Counted from the first letter of the stretch, positions 1 through 10,775 are shown. The stretch is DNA of 64,000 bases from Dehalococcoidia bacterium (GCA_015478665.1 JADMII010000011.1:13889-77888); one strand, 5' to 3'. Numbers and translations: made by a program. The notes: a model not told the origin generated them from the sequence alone.

Positions 1-339
1 TGGCAGCTGCCGAAGGGCTGGATCGAAGCCGGCGAGTCGCCGGAGCAGGCCGCCGCGCGCGAGGTGCACGAGGAGGCCGGCGTCGATGCCGAGGTCGTCG
101 GGCCGCTCGGGATGATCGAGTACTGGTACAACTCGACGTACGAACCGGAGCCGGCGCGCGTGCACAAGTTCGTGCACGTCTTCCTCCTGCGCTACCTCTC
201 CGGCTCGACGGACGACCACGACGACGAGGTCCTGGAGGCACGCTGGGTGGCGCTGGACGATGCCGAGCGCACGCTCTCGTTCAGGGACGAGCGTCGCATG
301 ATGGCGAAGGCGCGGGAGGCGCTGGCGACGGTCACGTGA
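1..339 (+). CDS. NUDIX hydrolase (5'-truncated by window edge)
   Basis: Frame 1 from base 1 reads WQLPKGWIEAGESPEQAAAREVHEEAG, a Nudix box GX5EX7REUXEEXG; stop at 337-339. Confidence 0.9.
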   Translation, partial: WQLPKGWIEAGESPEQAAAREVHEEAGVDAEVVGPLGMIEYWYNSTYEPEPARVHKFVHVFLLRYLSGSTDDHDDEVLEARWVALDDAERTLSFRDERRMMAKAREALATVT

Positions 340-466
340 CGGCCGTGATCCGCGATGCCTGCAGACGCCGCCGGCCGATGCCCGGAACGCGAGGGCAGGA
401 CGATTGGACGGCGGTCGAGGGTCTCGCGGGCGACCGCCGACCTCCGATGTTCCCAGCTTCATCGAT

Positions 467-500
467 CGAAAAGGCCCCCGCGAGCGCGAGGGCCTCTTCG
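467..500 (-). terminator. Intrinsic terminator-like hairpin downstream of the cold-shock gene
   Basis: Minus strand CGAAGAGGCCCTCGCG-CT-CGCGGGGGCCTTTTCG, a long GC stem ending in a T-run, 17 nt after the stop codon. Confidence 0.7.
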
Positions 501-517
501 GCAGTTTGAAGCGTCGC

Positions 518-730
518 TCAGGCGACGGCGCGGACGTTGATGGCGCGGCTCCGCCGCGGGTCGCGCTCGTCGGCGGCCTTGTCGAACTCGACCGTCTGGC
601 CTTCGTTCAGGTCGTCGAACGAGCCGCCCTGCACGGCTGAAGTGTGGAAGAAGATGTCCTCACTCGCGCCGTCGGGGCGGATGAAGCCGAAGCCTCGGTC
701 GCGCGCCATTCGCTTAATCTGTCCTTGCAC
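518..730 (-). CDS. cspA: Cold-shock protein (CSD)
   Basis: RGFGFI (RNP1) and DIFFHTSAV (RNP2); GTG start at 730 preceded by GGAGG; 70 aa. Confidence 0.92.
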   Translation of the reverse strand: MQGQIKRMARDRGFGFIRPDGASEDIFFHTSAVQGGSFDDLNEGQTVEFDKAADERDPRRSRAINVRAVA

Positions 731-903
731 TGCGGTACCTCCTGCACGCCGCTCCTCTGTCGTTGGCCCCGCCACCATGCGGGCGACTCGCGGCGTCTTC
801 CACTGTGACTCACCACGCGCGTGGCGACCTCGTCTGCGTCGTCGTGTGCGTTCGGTGGAACCGTGGCGTACAGGAGACTGCGACTGTGAGGATTTACAGC
901 ATC

Positions 904-932
904 AGCCTACCAGACGCCGCCAAGGCTGGCAA
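904..932 (-). promoter_or_regulatory. Sigma70-type promoter for the cold-shock gene
   Basis: Minus strand TTGCCA-N17-TAGGCT. Confidence 0.6.
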
Positions 933-1029
933 CGCGCCTACCACGTTCGGTTGCGCCCGATCGTGGTCTGCCGGCGCGGGTGCAGTGTTGTTACGATGTG
1001 TGCGTCGCACCCTACGGAAAGGTTGCTCG

Positions 1030-2877
1030 ATGGCTGAGCGCGCGCGCTTCCACTTCTCGCCTCGCCCGAACCGGGCGGCCGAGATCGGCTGGCACGATTG
1101 GGGGGCGCCGGCCTTCGAGCGCGCGCGGCGCGAGGACAAGCCGGTGCTACTCGGCATCTCCGCCGTCTGGTGCCACTGGTGCCATGTGATGGACGAGACG
1201 TCGTACAGCGACCCGGCGATCATCGCGCTGATCAACGAGCGCTTCGTGCCGGTCCGCGTCGACAACGACCAGCGCCCGGACGTCAACGCCCGCTACAACA
1301 TGGGCGGCTGGCCGACGACGGCTTTCCTCACGCCGGGCGGCGAAGTGATGGCCGGCATGACCTACGTGCCGCCCGACCAGATGCGCGACGTCCTCACCCA
1401 GGTCAGCGGCTACTATCGCGACAACAAGGCGCAGATCGAGGAGAAGATCGCCGAGATCACGGCCAACCGTGAGCGGGCGGAAGCGGCGACCGTCGACGCC
1501 GACGAAGAGCTGACGGACCAGGTCTTCCGCGACGCCCTGCACTCGACGGAGGACGCCTACGACCCCGTCTACGGGGGCTTCGGCAACGAGCCGAAGTTCC
1601 CCCACACCGACGCCATCGACCTGCTGCTGCGCGCCTACCTGCGCGACGGCGACCGCGACGCCCTGCACATGGCGCGCAAGACGCTCGAGCAGATGTGCGC
1701 CGGCGGCACTTACGACCAGCAGTGGGGCGGCTTCTATCGCTATTCGACGAAGCGCGACTGGAGCGTGCCGCACTACGAGAAGATGCTCGAAGACAACGCC
1801 GGCCTGCTGCGCAACCTGCTCACGCTGTACCGCACGAGCGACGACGCCGGGCACCGGCGCTACATCGAATTCACCATCGCCTACATCGATGCCTGGCTGA
1901 GCGACGCCACGACAGGCGCATTCCACGGCTCCCAGGACGCCGACGAGGAGTTCTACCCGCTGCCCGCGGAAGAGCGGAAGCTGCGGCCGGCGCCGTACGT
2001 CGACCGCACGGTGTACACGAGCTGGAACGCGATGATGATCGTCGCCTACCTCGATGCCTCGTCGACGCTCGGCAAGCCGCACCTGCAGGAGCGGGCGCTG
2101 AAGGCGCTCGACTTCCTGTGGGACACGCTGCACGCCGACGACGACGGCATGTACCGCTACCTGGGGCCGCAGGGTCGCGAGATCGCCGGCCTGCTCGGCG
2201 ACCAGGCTTGGACCGCCGCGGCGCTGCTCGACGCCTACGAGACTGCGGGCCGCCCGCAGGACTTCGCGCGCGCACAGGCGCTCGCCCGCTGGATGGTCGA
2301 GCATCTCAGCGACGAGGGCGACGGCTTCTTCGACACGCCGCGCGGCCATGGCAGCCTCGGCCGTCTCGCATCGCGCCAGAAGCCGGTGAAGGAAAACGCG
2401 GTTGCCGCCGAGGTCTTCATCCGGCTCGGTCGTCTGACCCACGACCCGGCGTACGCGGAGGTCGCCCGGCGCACGCTGCTGCAGTTCACCGAGATCATCG
2501 ACGCGCAGGGGTACTTCGCCGCGGCGTACGCGGTGGCGGTCGACCGCTTCCTGCACACCGGCGCCGACGTCAAGATCGTCGGCGATGCGGCCGCGCCCGG
2601 GACGGCGGTCCTCCGCGCCGCCGCGCTCACGCTGCAGGTAGCGGACCGCAGCGTGCGCGTCATCGACCCGGTGGACGCGGCCGCGCTCGCGGCCGAGGCG
2701 TTGCCGGCGCAGCCGTCGCCCGCGGCCTACGTCTGCTACGGCACGCTCTGCTCGGCGCCGGTGACGACGCCCGGCGACCTCATCGAGGCGGTGGCGCGCA
2801 CGCGGCAGGCGTACGAGGCGACGCGGCACGGCGAGCCGCTGGCGGGGCCGCGCGGCGGCGGCATGTCGGGCGACTGA
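1030..2877 (+). CDS. YyaL/SPATA20-like thioredoxin-domain (DUF255) protein
   Basis: WCHWCHVM, GGWPTT, GGFG..PKFP, PHYEKML and SQDAD motifs; likely start ATG 1030. Confidence 0.9.
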   Translation: MAERARFHFSPRPNRAAEIGWHDWGAPAFERARREDKPVLLGISAVWCHWCHVMDETSYSDPAIIALINERFVPVRVDNDQRPDVNARYNMGGWPTTAFLTPGGEVMAGMTYVPPDQMRDVLTQVSGYYRDNKAQIEEKIAEITANRERAEAATVDADEELTDQVFRDALHSTEDAYDPVYGGFGNEPKFPHTDAIDLLLRAYLRDGDRDALHMARKTLEQMCAGGTYDQQWGGFYRYSTKRDWSVPHYEKMLEDNAGLLRNLLTLYRTSDDAGHRRYIEFTIAYIDAWLSDATTGAFHGSQDADEEFYPLPAEERKLRPAPYVDRTVYTSWNAMMIVAYLDASSTLGKPHLQERALKALDFLWDTLHADDDGMYRYLGPQGREIAGLLGDQAWTAAALLDAYETAGRPQDFARAQALARWMVEHLSDEGDGFFDTPRGHGSLGRLASRQKPVKENAVAAEVFIRLGRLTHDPAYAEVARRTLLQFTEIIDAQGYFAAAYAVAVDRFLHTGADVKIVGDAAAPGTAVLRAAALTLQVADRSVRVIDPVDAAALAAEALPAQPSPAAYVCYGTLCSAPVTTPGDLIEAVARTRQAYEATRHGEPLAGPRGGGMSGD

Positions 2878-2901
2878 CCGATAGTGAGATCAGGGGGTCA
2901 G

Positions 2902-3171
2902 ATGCAAGGGAAGGCGCACGAATCGCGGGCGTATCTGTCGGAGCAGCCGGAGGGCAGCACTTGGTCCCGGATCAAGTTGGTGATCGGGCTGGTTGCGCTG
3001 GGGGCGCTGATCCTCTTCCTGCTGCAGAACTTCCAGGGGGCGGAAGTGAACTTCCTCTGGTTCACCTGGCGCACGCGCGTCGTCTGGGCGCTGCTCGGCG
3101 CCGCCATCGCCGGCGCCATCGCGACGATCCTCTGGGGGACGCTGCAGGCGCGCGGCCGGCGCGCCAGGTAG
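2902..3171 (+). CDS. Small membrane protein, LapA/DUF1049-like
   Basis: Two hydrophobic helices around FLLQN...VNFLW and a basic C-terminal tail. Confidence 0.7.
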   Translation: MQGKAHESRAYLSEQPEGSTWSRIKLVIGLVALGALILFLLQNFQGAEVNFLWFTWRTRVVWALLGAAIAGAIATILWGTLQARGRRAR

Positions 3172-3367
3172 ACGGGGTCGAGGCGATCAGCGGGCGCCGC
3201 GCAGCGCCGGGCGGTGCATCTGCCGCTGCGGTACCAGCCGGCTCCGACCAGGGAAGGATACGGTAGCGCACCGGAGTGGGCTCCGACGCTCCCCTTGCCG
3301 CCCCACCGATGACTTCGAGCAGGCGCGTGCACGCGGGCGCGACGCCAGTCGTCCGCGAGCGATCGGG

Positions 3368-3637
3368 CTATGCGCCGGCCGCCGCAGGCCTCTCCAGCAG
3401 CCGGCCACCGTCGTAGAGCTTGAGCACGCGCACGGCGCCCGCCGGCCCCACTTCGAGGCAGAGTCCGCAGAGGATGCACTCGTCGAGGTTCGAGTCGACG
3501 ATGCGGACGCGGCCCGAGTCATCGGCGTAGATGTCCACCGGGCAGACACTCGCGAGCTGCTTCGCGATCGCCGCGTCGGACGCCGCCGGCTCGTCGACCT
3601 CACAGCGGATGAACATGCCGGAGCCGCTCGCTGCCAT
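3368..3637 (-). CDS. Small 4Fe-4S ferredoxin-like protein
   Basis: VCPVDIY and CILCGLC motifs; start overlaps the sucD stop by 1 nt. Confidence 0.8.
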   Translation of the reverse strand: MAASGSGMFIRCEVDEPAASDAAIAKQLASVCPVDIYADDSGRVRIVDSNLDECILCGLCLEVGPAGAVRVLKLYDGGRLLERPAAAGA

Positions 3638-4539
3638 CAGGCGCCCTTTCCATTCAGGCGCGAGCGGACGATCTCCGGGATGTCCTGGATCGCCTCAGCG
3701 ACGGAGATCCCGGCGTCCTGCATGCGCGCGATCTTCTCCGCCGCGGTGTCAGCGCGGCCCTCGACGATGGTACCGGCGTGCCCGAAGCGCATGCCGGGCA
3801 TCGCGTCCATGAACTTCCCGGCCATGAAGGCGACGACCGGCAGGCGGCTCTTCGTCGCCCTCACGTACTCGGCCAGCTGCGCCTCCATCGGCCCGCCCGG
3901 CTCGCTGTAGATGACGATCGCCTCTGTCTCGGGGTCGGCCTCGAACAGCGGCATCAGCTCGGCGTACGTCGAGCCGATGATCGCATCGCCGCCGATGCTG
4001 ACGGCGGTGCTCTGGCCGAAGCCCGCGGCCGTCAGCGTGTTCGAGATCTCCGTCGTCATGCCGCCGGACCGCGACATGACGCCGATGTGCCCCGGGGTGT
4101 AGGCGCGCTTCACCGCCGCGCCGCCGATGCCCCCCATCTTCGACTTGCCGGGCGAGATCAGCCCCAGGCAGTTGGGGCCGATGAGCCGCGCGCCGTGCAT
4201 GCGCGCGTGCTCGCACACCTGCGCGACCTCGCCGCGCGGGATCCGCTCGGTGACGATCACCAGCAGCTTGATGCCGTTCTCGATCGCCTCGAACGCGGCG
4301 TCGCGGACGAAGGCCGGCGGCACGGTGAGGACGGAGCCGTCGACGCGCTGCTGCGATGTGATCTCCTTCACGGTGTCGTACACCGGCACGCCATGCACCC
4401 CGCGGCCGCCGCGGCCGGGCGTCACGCCACCGACGAGCTTCGAGCCGTAATCGAGGCACTCGCGCGTCATGCTCACCGCCTCGCGGCCGGTGATCCCCTG
4501 GATGATGAACGTCGTGCGCTCGTCGATCAGGATCGACAC
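3637..4539 (-). CDS. sucD: Succinate-CoA ligase alpha subunit-like protein
   Basis: QGITG, GVTPG, IGPNCLG, SRSGGMT, SIGGD and FGHAG (phospho-His). Confidence 0.88.
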   Translation of the reverse strand: MSILIDERTTFIIQGITGREAVSMTRECLDYGSKLVGGVTPGRGGRGVHGVPVYDTVKEITSQQRVDGSVLTVPPAFVRDAAFEAIENGIKLLVIVTERIPRGEVAQVCEHARMHGARLIGPNCLGLISPGKSKMGGIGGAAVKRAYTPGHIGVMSRSGGMTTEISNTLTAAGFGQSTAVSIGGDAIIGSTYAELMPLFEADPETEAIVIYSEPGGPMEAQLAEYVRATKSRLPVVAFMAGKFMDAMPGMRFGHAGTIVEGRADTAAEKIARMQDAGISVAEAIQDIPEIVRSRLNGKGA

Positions 4540-5769
4540 CTACGCCACCACCTCCGGCTCGCCCTTCGCCTTGCGCATCTTCTCGACGGCGCGGCGCGCG
4601 GCCTCCGACATCGGCACGCTGCGGTCGCAGTATTCGACGCCGTACTTCTCGAGAATCTTGAACCCTTCGTCCTCCCACGAGCCGGGGATGCGGAAGATGG
4701 CGATCTTCTCCGCCGGGTCGTAGCCCGCCTCGATGACGCCCTTCACGACGCCGCGCGCGACGATATCGACGCGCGTGTTGCTGACGACGTTCATGATCAC
4801 GCAGATCTTTCCGACCCCCGGCTTGCTGAGGATGAGCTTCGTCAGCTCGGCCGCCTTCTTCACGCTCGGGTTGCCGCCGATCTCGCAGTAGTTGGCCGGG
4901 TCGCCGCCGAACTTGCGGATGGCGTCGAAGATCGTCAGCGAGCCGCCGCCGGCGCCGATGACGCATCCGAGCGTGCCGTCGAACTCGACGACGCGGCCGG
5001 CGACGCCGCGGTGGTCGGAGGCATCGACCTCGGCGCCGCGGATCTCGAACGGCGTCGGCGGCCTCGCGAGCCGCGTCTCCTCGCGGCCGATGCCGAGCCG
5101 GGCGAGCAGCGCCGCCTGGCCGTCGCGCGCCTCCTCCTCCATATCCAGATGGGAGTCGAGCGCGATGATGCTGCCGTCGTCGAGCTGCGCGAGTGGGTTG
5201 ATCTCGGCGAGGGTCAGGCCGTAGCGCAGGAACGCCTGCGCCAGCTGCGACATGATGCGCGTGAGCGCGTTCAGCTCGCCGCCGCTGATGCCGAGCGATG
5301 CCACGAGCTCTTTCATCTTGAATTCGGGGAAGGGCGAGAACGTCGAGAAGTGGACGCGCGCGACGTGGCCGGGGTGCGTCTCCGCCACCTGCTCGATGTC
5401 GATGCCGCCCAGATCGCTGAAGATGGCGACCGGCAGCTTCGCCAGCGCGTCGTAGATGACGCCGGCGTAGTACTCCTTCTTCACCGGCTGCTTCGACTCG
5501 ACGAGCACGCAGCGCGGCCGCTGGCCGCCGATCTCGAGCGCCAGGATCTGCTCCGCTGCCGTGCGCGCTTCTTCCGCCGCCGACGCGAACTTGATGCCGC
5601 CCGCCTTCATACGCCCGCCCGACAGCACCTGCGACTTCAGCACGACGTCGCCACCGACCTCGCCGGCGATGCGCGCGGCGTCATCCGCCGTGAGCGCCGT
5701 GCCGCCCTTCGAGACGGGCACGCCTGACATGCCGAGCAGCGTCTTCGCTTCGAACTCGTAGAACCTCAT
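4540..5769 (-). CDS. sucC: Succinate-CoA ligase beta subunit-like protein (ATP-grasp)
   Basis: [27 protein letters not shown] and PANYCEIGG. Confidence 0.88.
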   Translation of the reverse strand: MRFYEFEAKTLLGMSGVPVSKGGTALTADDAARIAGEVGGDVVLKSQVLSGGRMKAGGIKFASAAEEARTAAEQILALEIGGQRPRCVLVESKQPVKKEYYAGVIYDALAKLPVAIFSDLGGIDIEQVAETHPGHVARVHFSTFSPFPEFKMKELVASLGISGGELNALTRIMSQLAQAFLRYGLTLAEINPLAQLDDGSIIALDSHLDMEEEARDGQAALLARLGIGREETRLARPPTPFEIRGAEVDASDHRGVAGRVVEFDGTLGCVIGAGGGSLTIFDAIRKFGGDPANYCEIGGNPSVKKAAELTKLILSKPGVGKICVIMNVVSNTRVDIVARGVVKGVIEAGYDPAEKIAIFRIPGSWEDEGFKILEKYGVEYCDRSVPMSEAARRAVEKMRKAKGEPEVVA

Positions 5770-5868
5770 CCATCATCCCCGCTGTCATCGATGACGAGCC
5801 GTCGTCGCATTCCGTCGTGGGTGGCGACGACCGCTCACGCAAACCGCATGTTTCGCGACCGCCGTGAA

Positions 5869-5896
5869 AGTATGGACGACTGTCCGACAGTCGCAA
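5869..5896 (-). promoter_or_regulatory. Putative sucC promoter containing a palindromic operator (5877-5893)
   Basis: Minus strand TTGCGA-N16-CATACT with the perfect inverted repeat CGACTGTC-C-GACAGTCG across the spacer. Confidence 0.5.
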
Positions 5897-5970
5897 GGTC
5901 AGCGGCGAGCCTGATCGGCCAGCACATGACCGCATTCGCCCTGCGCGCGGTCGCACCCTACAATCCCCGC

Positions 5971-7710
5971 ATGGAGCGCACTTCGCTGCGCCCGCAGCTC
6001 GAACGCGACGGCTGGCTGTCGCTCGACGGCGCCTGGCAGTTCGCCTTCGACGACGCCGGCTGCTGGCGCCAGCCCGGCGACGTCACGTGGACGCGCGAGA
6101 TCGTCGTGCCCTACGCGCCGGAGACGCCGGCCAGCGGCATCGGCGATCCGTCGTTCCACCTCGTCTGCTGGTATCGCCGCCGCTTCGACGCGCCGGAGCG
6201 GGCGCCGGGCGAGCGTGTCATCCTGCACTTCGGCGCCGTCGATTACGCGGCGACGGTCGGGGTGAACGGACACGCCGTCGCCCGCCACGAAGGCGGCTAC
6301 ACGCCGTTCAGCGCTGATATCACCCACGTGCTCGCGTCAGGGCAGCAGACCCTCGTCGTGCGCGCGGTCGATGACCCGCACGATCTGGCGGCGCCGCGCG
6401 GCAAGCAGGACTGGCAGCTCGAGCCGCACCAGATCTGGTATCCGCGCACGAGCGGCATCTGGCAGACCGTCTGGATCGAGAAGCTGCCCGCGGCGGCGAT
6501 CGCCGGCCTGCGCTGGACGCCGAGCGTCGAGCGCTGGGAGATCGGGCTCGATGCGGCGGTCGATGGCGACGCCGACGGCCTGCGCCTGCGCGTCGAGCTG
6601 CACGCGCGCGGCCAGCTGCTCGCCGATGACGTCTATGCCGTGCTGGAGGGCGAGCTGACGCGTCGCATCGCGCTCTTCGACCCTGGCATCGGCGATGGTC
6701 GCAACGAGCTGCTCTGGACCCCTTCGCACCCGACGCTGATCGATGCCCGCCTGCAACTGCTCGACGCGTCCGGCGCCGTCGTCGACGACGTCCGCAGCTA
6801 CACGGCCCTCCGCTCGGTCAGCGCCGACGCCGGCGCCTTCCTGCTCAACGGCCGCCCGTACACGCTGCGCATGGTGCTCGACCAGGGATACTGGCCGCAG
6901 TCCGGGCTGACAGCGCCATCCGATGAGGCGCTCGTCCGCGACGTCGGGCTGGCGAAGGCGATGGGTTTCAACGGCGTCCGCAAGCACCAGAAGATCGAGG
7001 ACCCACGCTACCTGTACTGGGCCGACCGCCTGGGGCTGCTGGTGTGGGAGGAGATGCCGAGCGCCTACCGCTTCACGCGCCGCTCGATCGGGCGGCTGAC
7101 GCGCGAGTGGGCGGACGCCGTCGAGCGCGACTGCAGCCATCCCTGTATTGTCGCCTGGGTGCCGTTCAACGAATCGTGGGGCGTGCCCGACCTGCCGACG
7201 GCCGCCGCGCAGCGCCACTACATCGCGGCGATGTACGAGCTCACGAAGACGCTCGACCCGACGCGGCCGGTGATCGGCAACGACGGCTGGGAGCACACCG
7301 TGACGGACATTCTGACGATCCACGACTACGAGAGCGACCTCTCGATCATCGAACGCCGGTACGCGTCGCCCGAGGGGCTGCCCGGATTGCGTCCGCACGG
7401 GCGGCGCGTGGCGCTCGAAGGGTACGCGCAGGACGGGCGCCCGGTGATGCTGAGCGAGTTCGGCGGCATCGCCTGCGCCGCCGATGCGGAGCGCACGTGG
7501 GGATATGTGCGCGCCGACTCGGCAGACGACCTCGGCGACCGGTACGAGCGGCTGCTGCAGACGGTGCATGCGTCGCCGGTGTTCTCCGGCTTCTGCTACA
7601 CGCAGTTCGCCGACACCTACCAGGAGACCAATGGTCTGCTCTTCGCCGACCGCACGCCGAAGTTCCCGCTGGAGCGCATGCGCGCGGCGACGCGCGGTCG
7701 CCGACACTAG
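5971..7710 (+). CDS. Glycoside hydrolase family 2
   Basis: [48 protein letters not shown] and SEFGG. Confidence 0.9.
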   Translation: MERTSLRPQLERDGWLSLDGAWQFAFDDAGCWRQPGDVTWTREIVVPYAPETPASGIGDPSFHLVCWYRRRFDAPERAPGERVILHFGAVDYAATVGVNGHAVARHEGGYTPFSADITHVLASGQQTLVVRAVDDPHDLAAPRGKQDWQLEPHQIWYPRTSGIWQTVWIEKLPAAAIAGLRWTPSVERWEIGLDAAVDGDADGLRLRVELHARGQLLADDVYAVLEGELTRRIALFDPGIGDGRNELLWTPSHPTLIDARLQLLDASGAVVDDVRSYTALRSVSADAGAFLLNGRPYTLRMVLDQGYWPQSGLTAPSDEALVRDVGLAKAMGFNGVRKHQKIEDPRYLYWADRLGLLVWEEMPSAYRFTRRSIGRLTREWADAVERDCSHPCIVAWVPFNESWGVPDLPTAAAQRHYIAAMYELTKTLDPTRPVIGNDGWEHTVTDILTIHDYESDLSIIERRYASPEGLPGLRPHGRRVALEGYAQDGRPVMLSEFGGIACAADAERTWGYVRADSADDLGDRYERLLQTVHASPVFSGFCYTQFADTYQETNGLLFADRTPKFPLERMRAATRGRRH

Positions 7711-7877
7711 CAGGGATGCCCGTCGCGGCACGCCGCCGTCCCGCGAGCGTCCCGCTATCCTGCCTCGCGGGTTTGCCGCCGTGCGCTGCGGCCGGATGGT
7801 TCTGAGCCGCCGCGCCGCGATGCAACGCTGCGAACGTGCGCACTCCCCATGTCCGCGACGGCGTCGCGATTCGAACG

Positions 7878-9038
7878 CTATCGGCCGCGCGCGCCGGCGC
7901 CGTCGCGTTCGGCGCGACGCGCCAGGCGCCGGACGCCGAATGCCGTCGCGCCCGCGACGCCGGCGGCGGCGACGGCCGTCGGCAGGGGGTGCATCGCCGC
8001 CCAGAGCTCAGGCGCCGACTCGTGTGCGCGGTCGTCGAAGGCGCCGTGCGCGCCGCGGTCGCCGGCCACCGGCTGCCAGAGGTTCGACGGGCGCTCCGGA
8101 TCCTCGGGCTCCGAAGTCTGCTGCGATGTGTAGCCGGTGCGGCCGAGGTAGTGGTCGAGCAGGCCCGACGCGAACTTGTTGGCCAACACCGTGAGCAAGG
8201 TCGACATGCCGACGTTGATCTCGCGACGCCGGTGGTGCGCCGCCCAGTACACGGCGCGCGCGGCGACCTCCGGCTGGTAGATCGGCGGCACCGGCTGCGC
8301 CTTGCGCGGCATCTTGCTCTTCACCCAGCCGAACTGCGGCGTGTTCAGCGCCGGCATCTGCACCATCGTCACCCAGACCTTGCTCTTGTCGTGGTACAGC
8401 TCGCAGCGCAGCGACTCCGTGAACCCCTGGATCGCGTGCTTCGAGCCGCAGTAGGCCGCCTGCAGGGGGATGCCGCGATACGCCAGCGCCGAGCCCACCT
8501 GCACGATCGTGCCGTGGTCTCGCGGGAGCATCCGCCGCAGCGCCGCCATCGTGCCGTACACGTAGCCGAGGTACGTGACCTCGGTCACGCGGCGAAACTC
8601 GTCCGGCGTCATCTCCTTCACCGGCGAGAAGACCGACGTCATGGCGTCGTTCACCCAGATGTCGATGGGCCCAAACTGCCGCTCGATCTCCTGCGCCGCC
8701 GCCTCGACGTGCTGCGGATCCGAGACATCGGCAGCGTATGCCAGCGCCTCGCCGCCGCAGCTCTCGACGTCACGGCAGGCGCCCTCGAGCCCGTCGCGGC
8801 CGCGGGCGATCAGTCCGACGCGCGCGCCGTGCTCGCCGAAGAGCCGCGCCACCGCGCGCCCGACCCCCGCCGAGGCGCCGGTGACGACGACGACCTCGCG
8901 CTGCCGCTGCGGCGACCGTCCGTCGCCCGCGCGCGGCCGCGTCTGCGCGAAGCTCGGCGTGGGCGTCGTGCGGGTGGCCTGTCCGTTCGAATTCGCTGCG
9001 AGATGTGTGGATCGCGGTCCGTCCATGCGCCTGCTCAT
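7878..9038 (-). CDS. SDR family oxidoreductase
   Basis: TGASAGVG and YCGSK catalytic motif. Confidence 0.88.
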   Translation of the reverse strand: MSRRMDGPRSTHLAANSNGQATRTTPTPSFAQTRPRAGDGRSPQRQREVVVVTGASAGVGRAVARLFGEHGARVGLIARGRDGLEGACRDVESCGGEALAYAADVSDPQHVEAAAQEIERQFGPIDIWVNDAMTSVFSPVKEMTPDEFRRVTEVTYLGYVYGTMAALRRMLPRDHGTIVQVGSALAYRGIPLQAAYCGSKHAIQGFTESLRCELYHDKSKVWVTMVQMPALNTPQFGWVKSKMPRKAQPVPPIYQPEVAARAVYWAAHHRRREINVGMSTLLTVLANKFASGLLDHYLGRTGYTSQQTSEPEDPERPSNLWQPVAGDRGAHGAFDDRAHESAPELWAAMHPLPTAVAAAGVAGATAFGVRRLARRAERDGAGARGR

Positions 9039-9152
9039 GCTTCGTAGCGTTGCACATGCCCGCGCGGGTGCGGTATCGCCCGAACGGCCGCTCGTCTCCG
9101 TCCGCCTCCACCGTGCAGCCCTCGTTCACGTAGCCAAGGTCCGGATCAGGCG

Positions 9153-10163
9153 CTACATCCCTACCCGGTACGGGTGCGGCCCGAACTCCGCTTCGTAGAA
9201 CGGCGCCACCGACTGCCCGCGCCGCGCGAAGCGGTCGATCTGCTTCCGGTCGTCGTCCGTGATGGCGACATCGAAGGCGCCCATGTTGTCCTCGAACTGC
9301 TCCATCGTCCGCGGGCCGATGATCGGACTGGTGACGCCCGGCTGCTGCATGCACCAGGCGAGCGCCAGCTGCGACATCGTCACGCCTTTCGCGTCGGCCA
9401 TCTCGCGCAGCCCGTCGACGACGTCGTAGATGCGGTCGTTCAGCCGCCGCCGGTACAGCGGGTTCGTGGCGTCGGCGAAGCGCGCGCCCTCCGGCGGCTC
9501 CTCGCCGCGCTTGTACTTGCCGCTGAGCAGGCCGCCACCGAGCGGGCTCCATGGGATGACGGCGAAGCCGTACGTCCGCGCCATCGGCAGCAGCTCGCGC
9601 TCGATGCGCCGGTCGAGGAGGTTGTAGGGAGGCTGTTCGCAGATGAAGCGGTTCAGCCCGAGCTCCTTCGATACCCAGAGCGACTCGACGAGCTGCCAGG
9701 CGGCATAGGTGCTGCTGCCGATGTACCGCACCTTGCCGGCGCGGATCAGGTCGTCGAGTGCCCGCAGCGTCTCGTCGATCGGGATCTCCGGCTGCGGCCG
9801 GTGGATCTGGTAGAGGTCGATGTAGTCGGTCTGGAGGCGGCGCAGGCTCGCCTCGCACTGTTCGACGATGTGGCGGCGCGTGTTGCCCATCTGGTTCGGG
9901 CCTTCGCCCATCTGCCCGTGCACCTTCGTCGCCAGCACGATCACCGCGCGCTTGCCGTTGCGCTTCAGCGCCTCGCCTGTCACTTCCTCGCTGCGGCCGA
10001 TGCTGTACACGTTCGCCGTGTCGATGAAGTTGATGCCGGCGTCCAGCGCCCGGTCGATGATCGCGTACGAGTCGTCGGGCCCGGTCTTGCCGCCGAACAT
10101 CATGCAGCCCAGACAGAGCGCGCTCACCTTCACGCCTGTGCGGCCCAGCGGTCGATACTCCAT
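9153..10163 (-). CDS. Aldo/keto reductase
   Basis: LGRTG.KVS.LCLG, DTANVY, SL.RLQTDYIDLYQIH and PWSPLGGG. Confidence 0.93.
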   Translation of the reverse strand: MEYRPLGRTGVKVSALCLGCMMFGGKTGPDDSYAIIDRALDAGINFIDTANVYSIGRSEEVTGEALKRNGKRAVIVLATKVHGQMGEGPNQMGNTRRHIVEQCEASLRRLQTDYIDLYQIHRPQPEIPIDETLRALDDLIRAGKVRYIGSSTYAAWQLVESLWVSKELGLNRFICEQPPYNLLDRRIERELLPMARTYGFAVIPWSPLGGGLLSGKYKRGEEPPEGARFADATNPLYRRRLNDRIYDVVDGLREMADAKGVTMSQLALAWCMQQPGVTSPIIGPRTMEQFEDNMGAFDVAITDDDRKQIDRFARRGQSVAPFYEAEFGPHPYRVGM

Positions 10164-10775
10164 GTCCTCGTGCTCCTCTCGTCCGATCCCTGCGTCCGAC
10201 GCGACGGCTCGCGCGCATTGAGGGCGCGATCTCGATCATATGCCGGTTCGCGCTCAACGACCAGCGCCCGATGGGCGAGACTCGATGTTGAGTGGCGGAT
10301 GTTCGACCTTGCCACGCGGGCGAGGGACAAGACTGGTATTCGTCGCCCTCGTCGGTAAAGGCGGGCAGCGAGACGACGACGCCGACCTGCCGCCCACAGG
10401 CGGCCATGCGTCGACGCCGAGCTGCGGCCGGCGTCCCCGGAGCGCCGCCGCCGCTTCGTTGTATCCGGGCTTGACGCCGCAGGCATCCCTCGTGCAGATG
10501 GCGACGCCGAGTGCGTCGACCAACGTGTGTGGTCACGGGCGTGGACAACCGCCGCGGCTCGATCGCTGGGCGGGCGGCGTGCGGTACTGCCGGGGGCTCG
10601 TGATCGCGTACGAGCGTCAGAGCGTCCGTCGCCGGTGCGCAGCAGCGACGCAATCGTCGCGCGCGGCGATCCCCCGATTTCGATCGTACACTCGTCGCCG
10701 TCGCCTGCGATGAACGCGGCGTGCCCGTAGCGTTGGAGGGCGCGTCTGGTTGACGCATGCCGTCGTTCGCCGGCG

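Noticed and set aside
763-1029. N-terminal extension of the YyaL-like ORF (and similar extensions at 5791, 23691, 30357, 60782)
   Set aside because: These overlap promoters or neighbouring genes; family homology begins at downstream start codons
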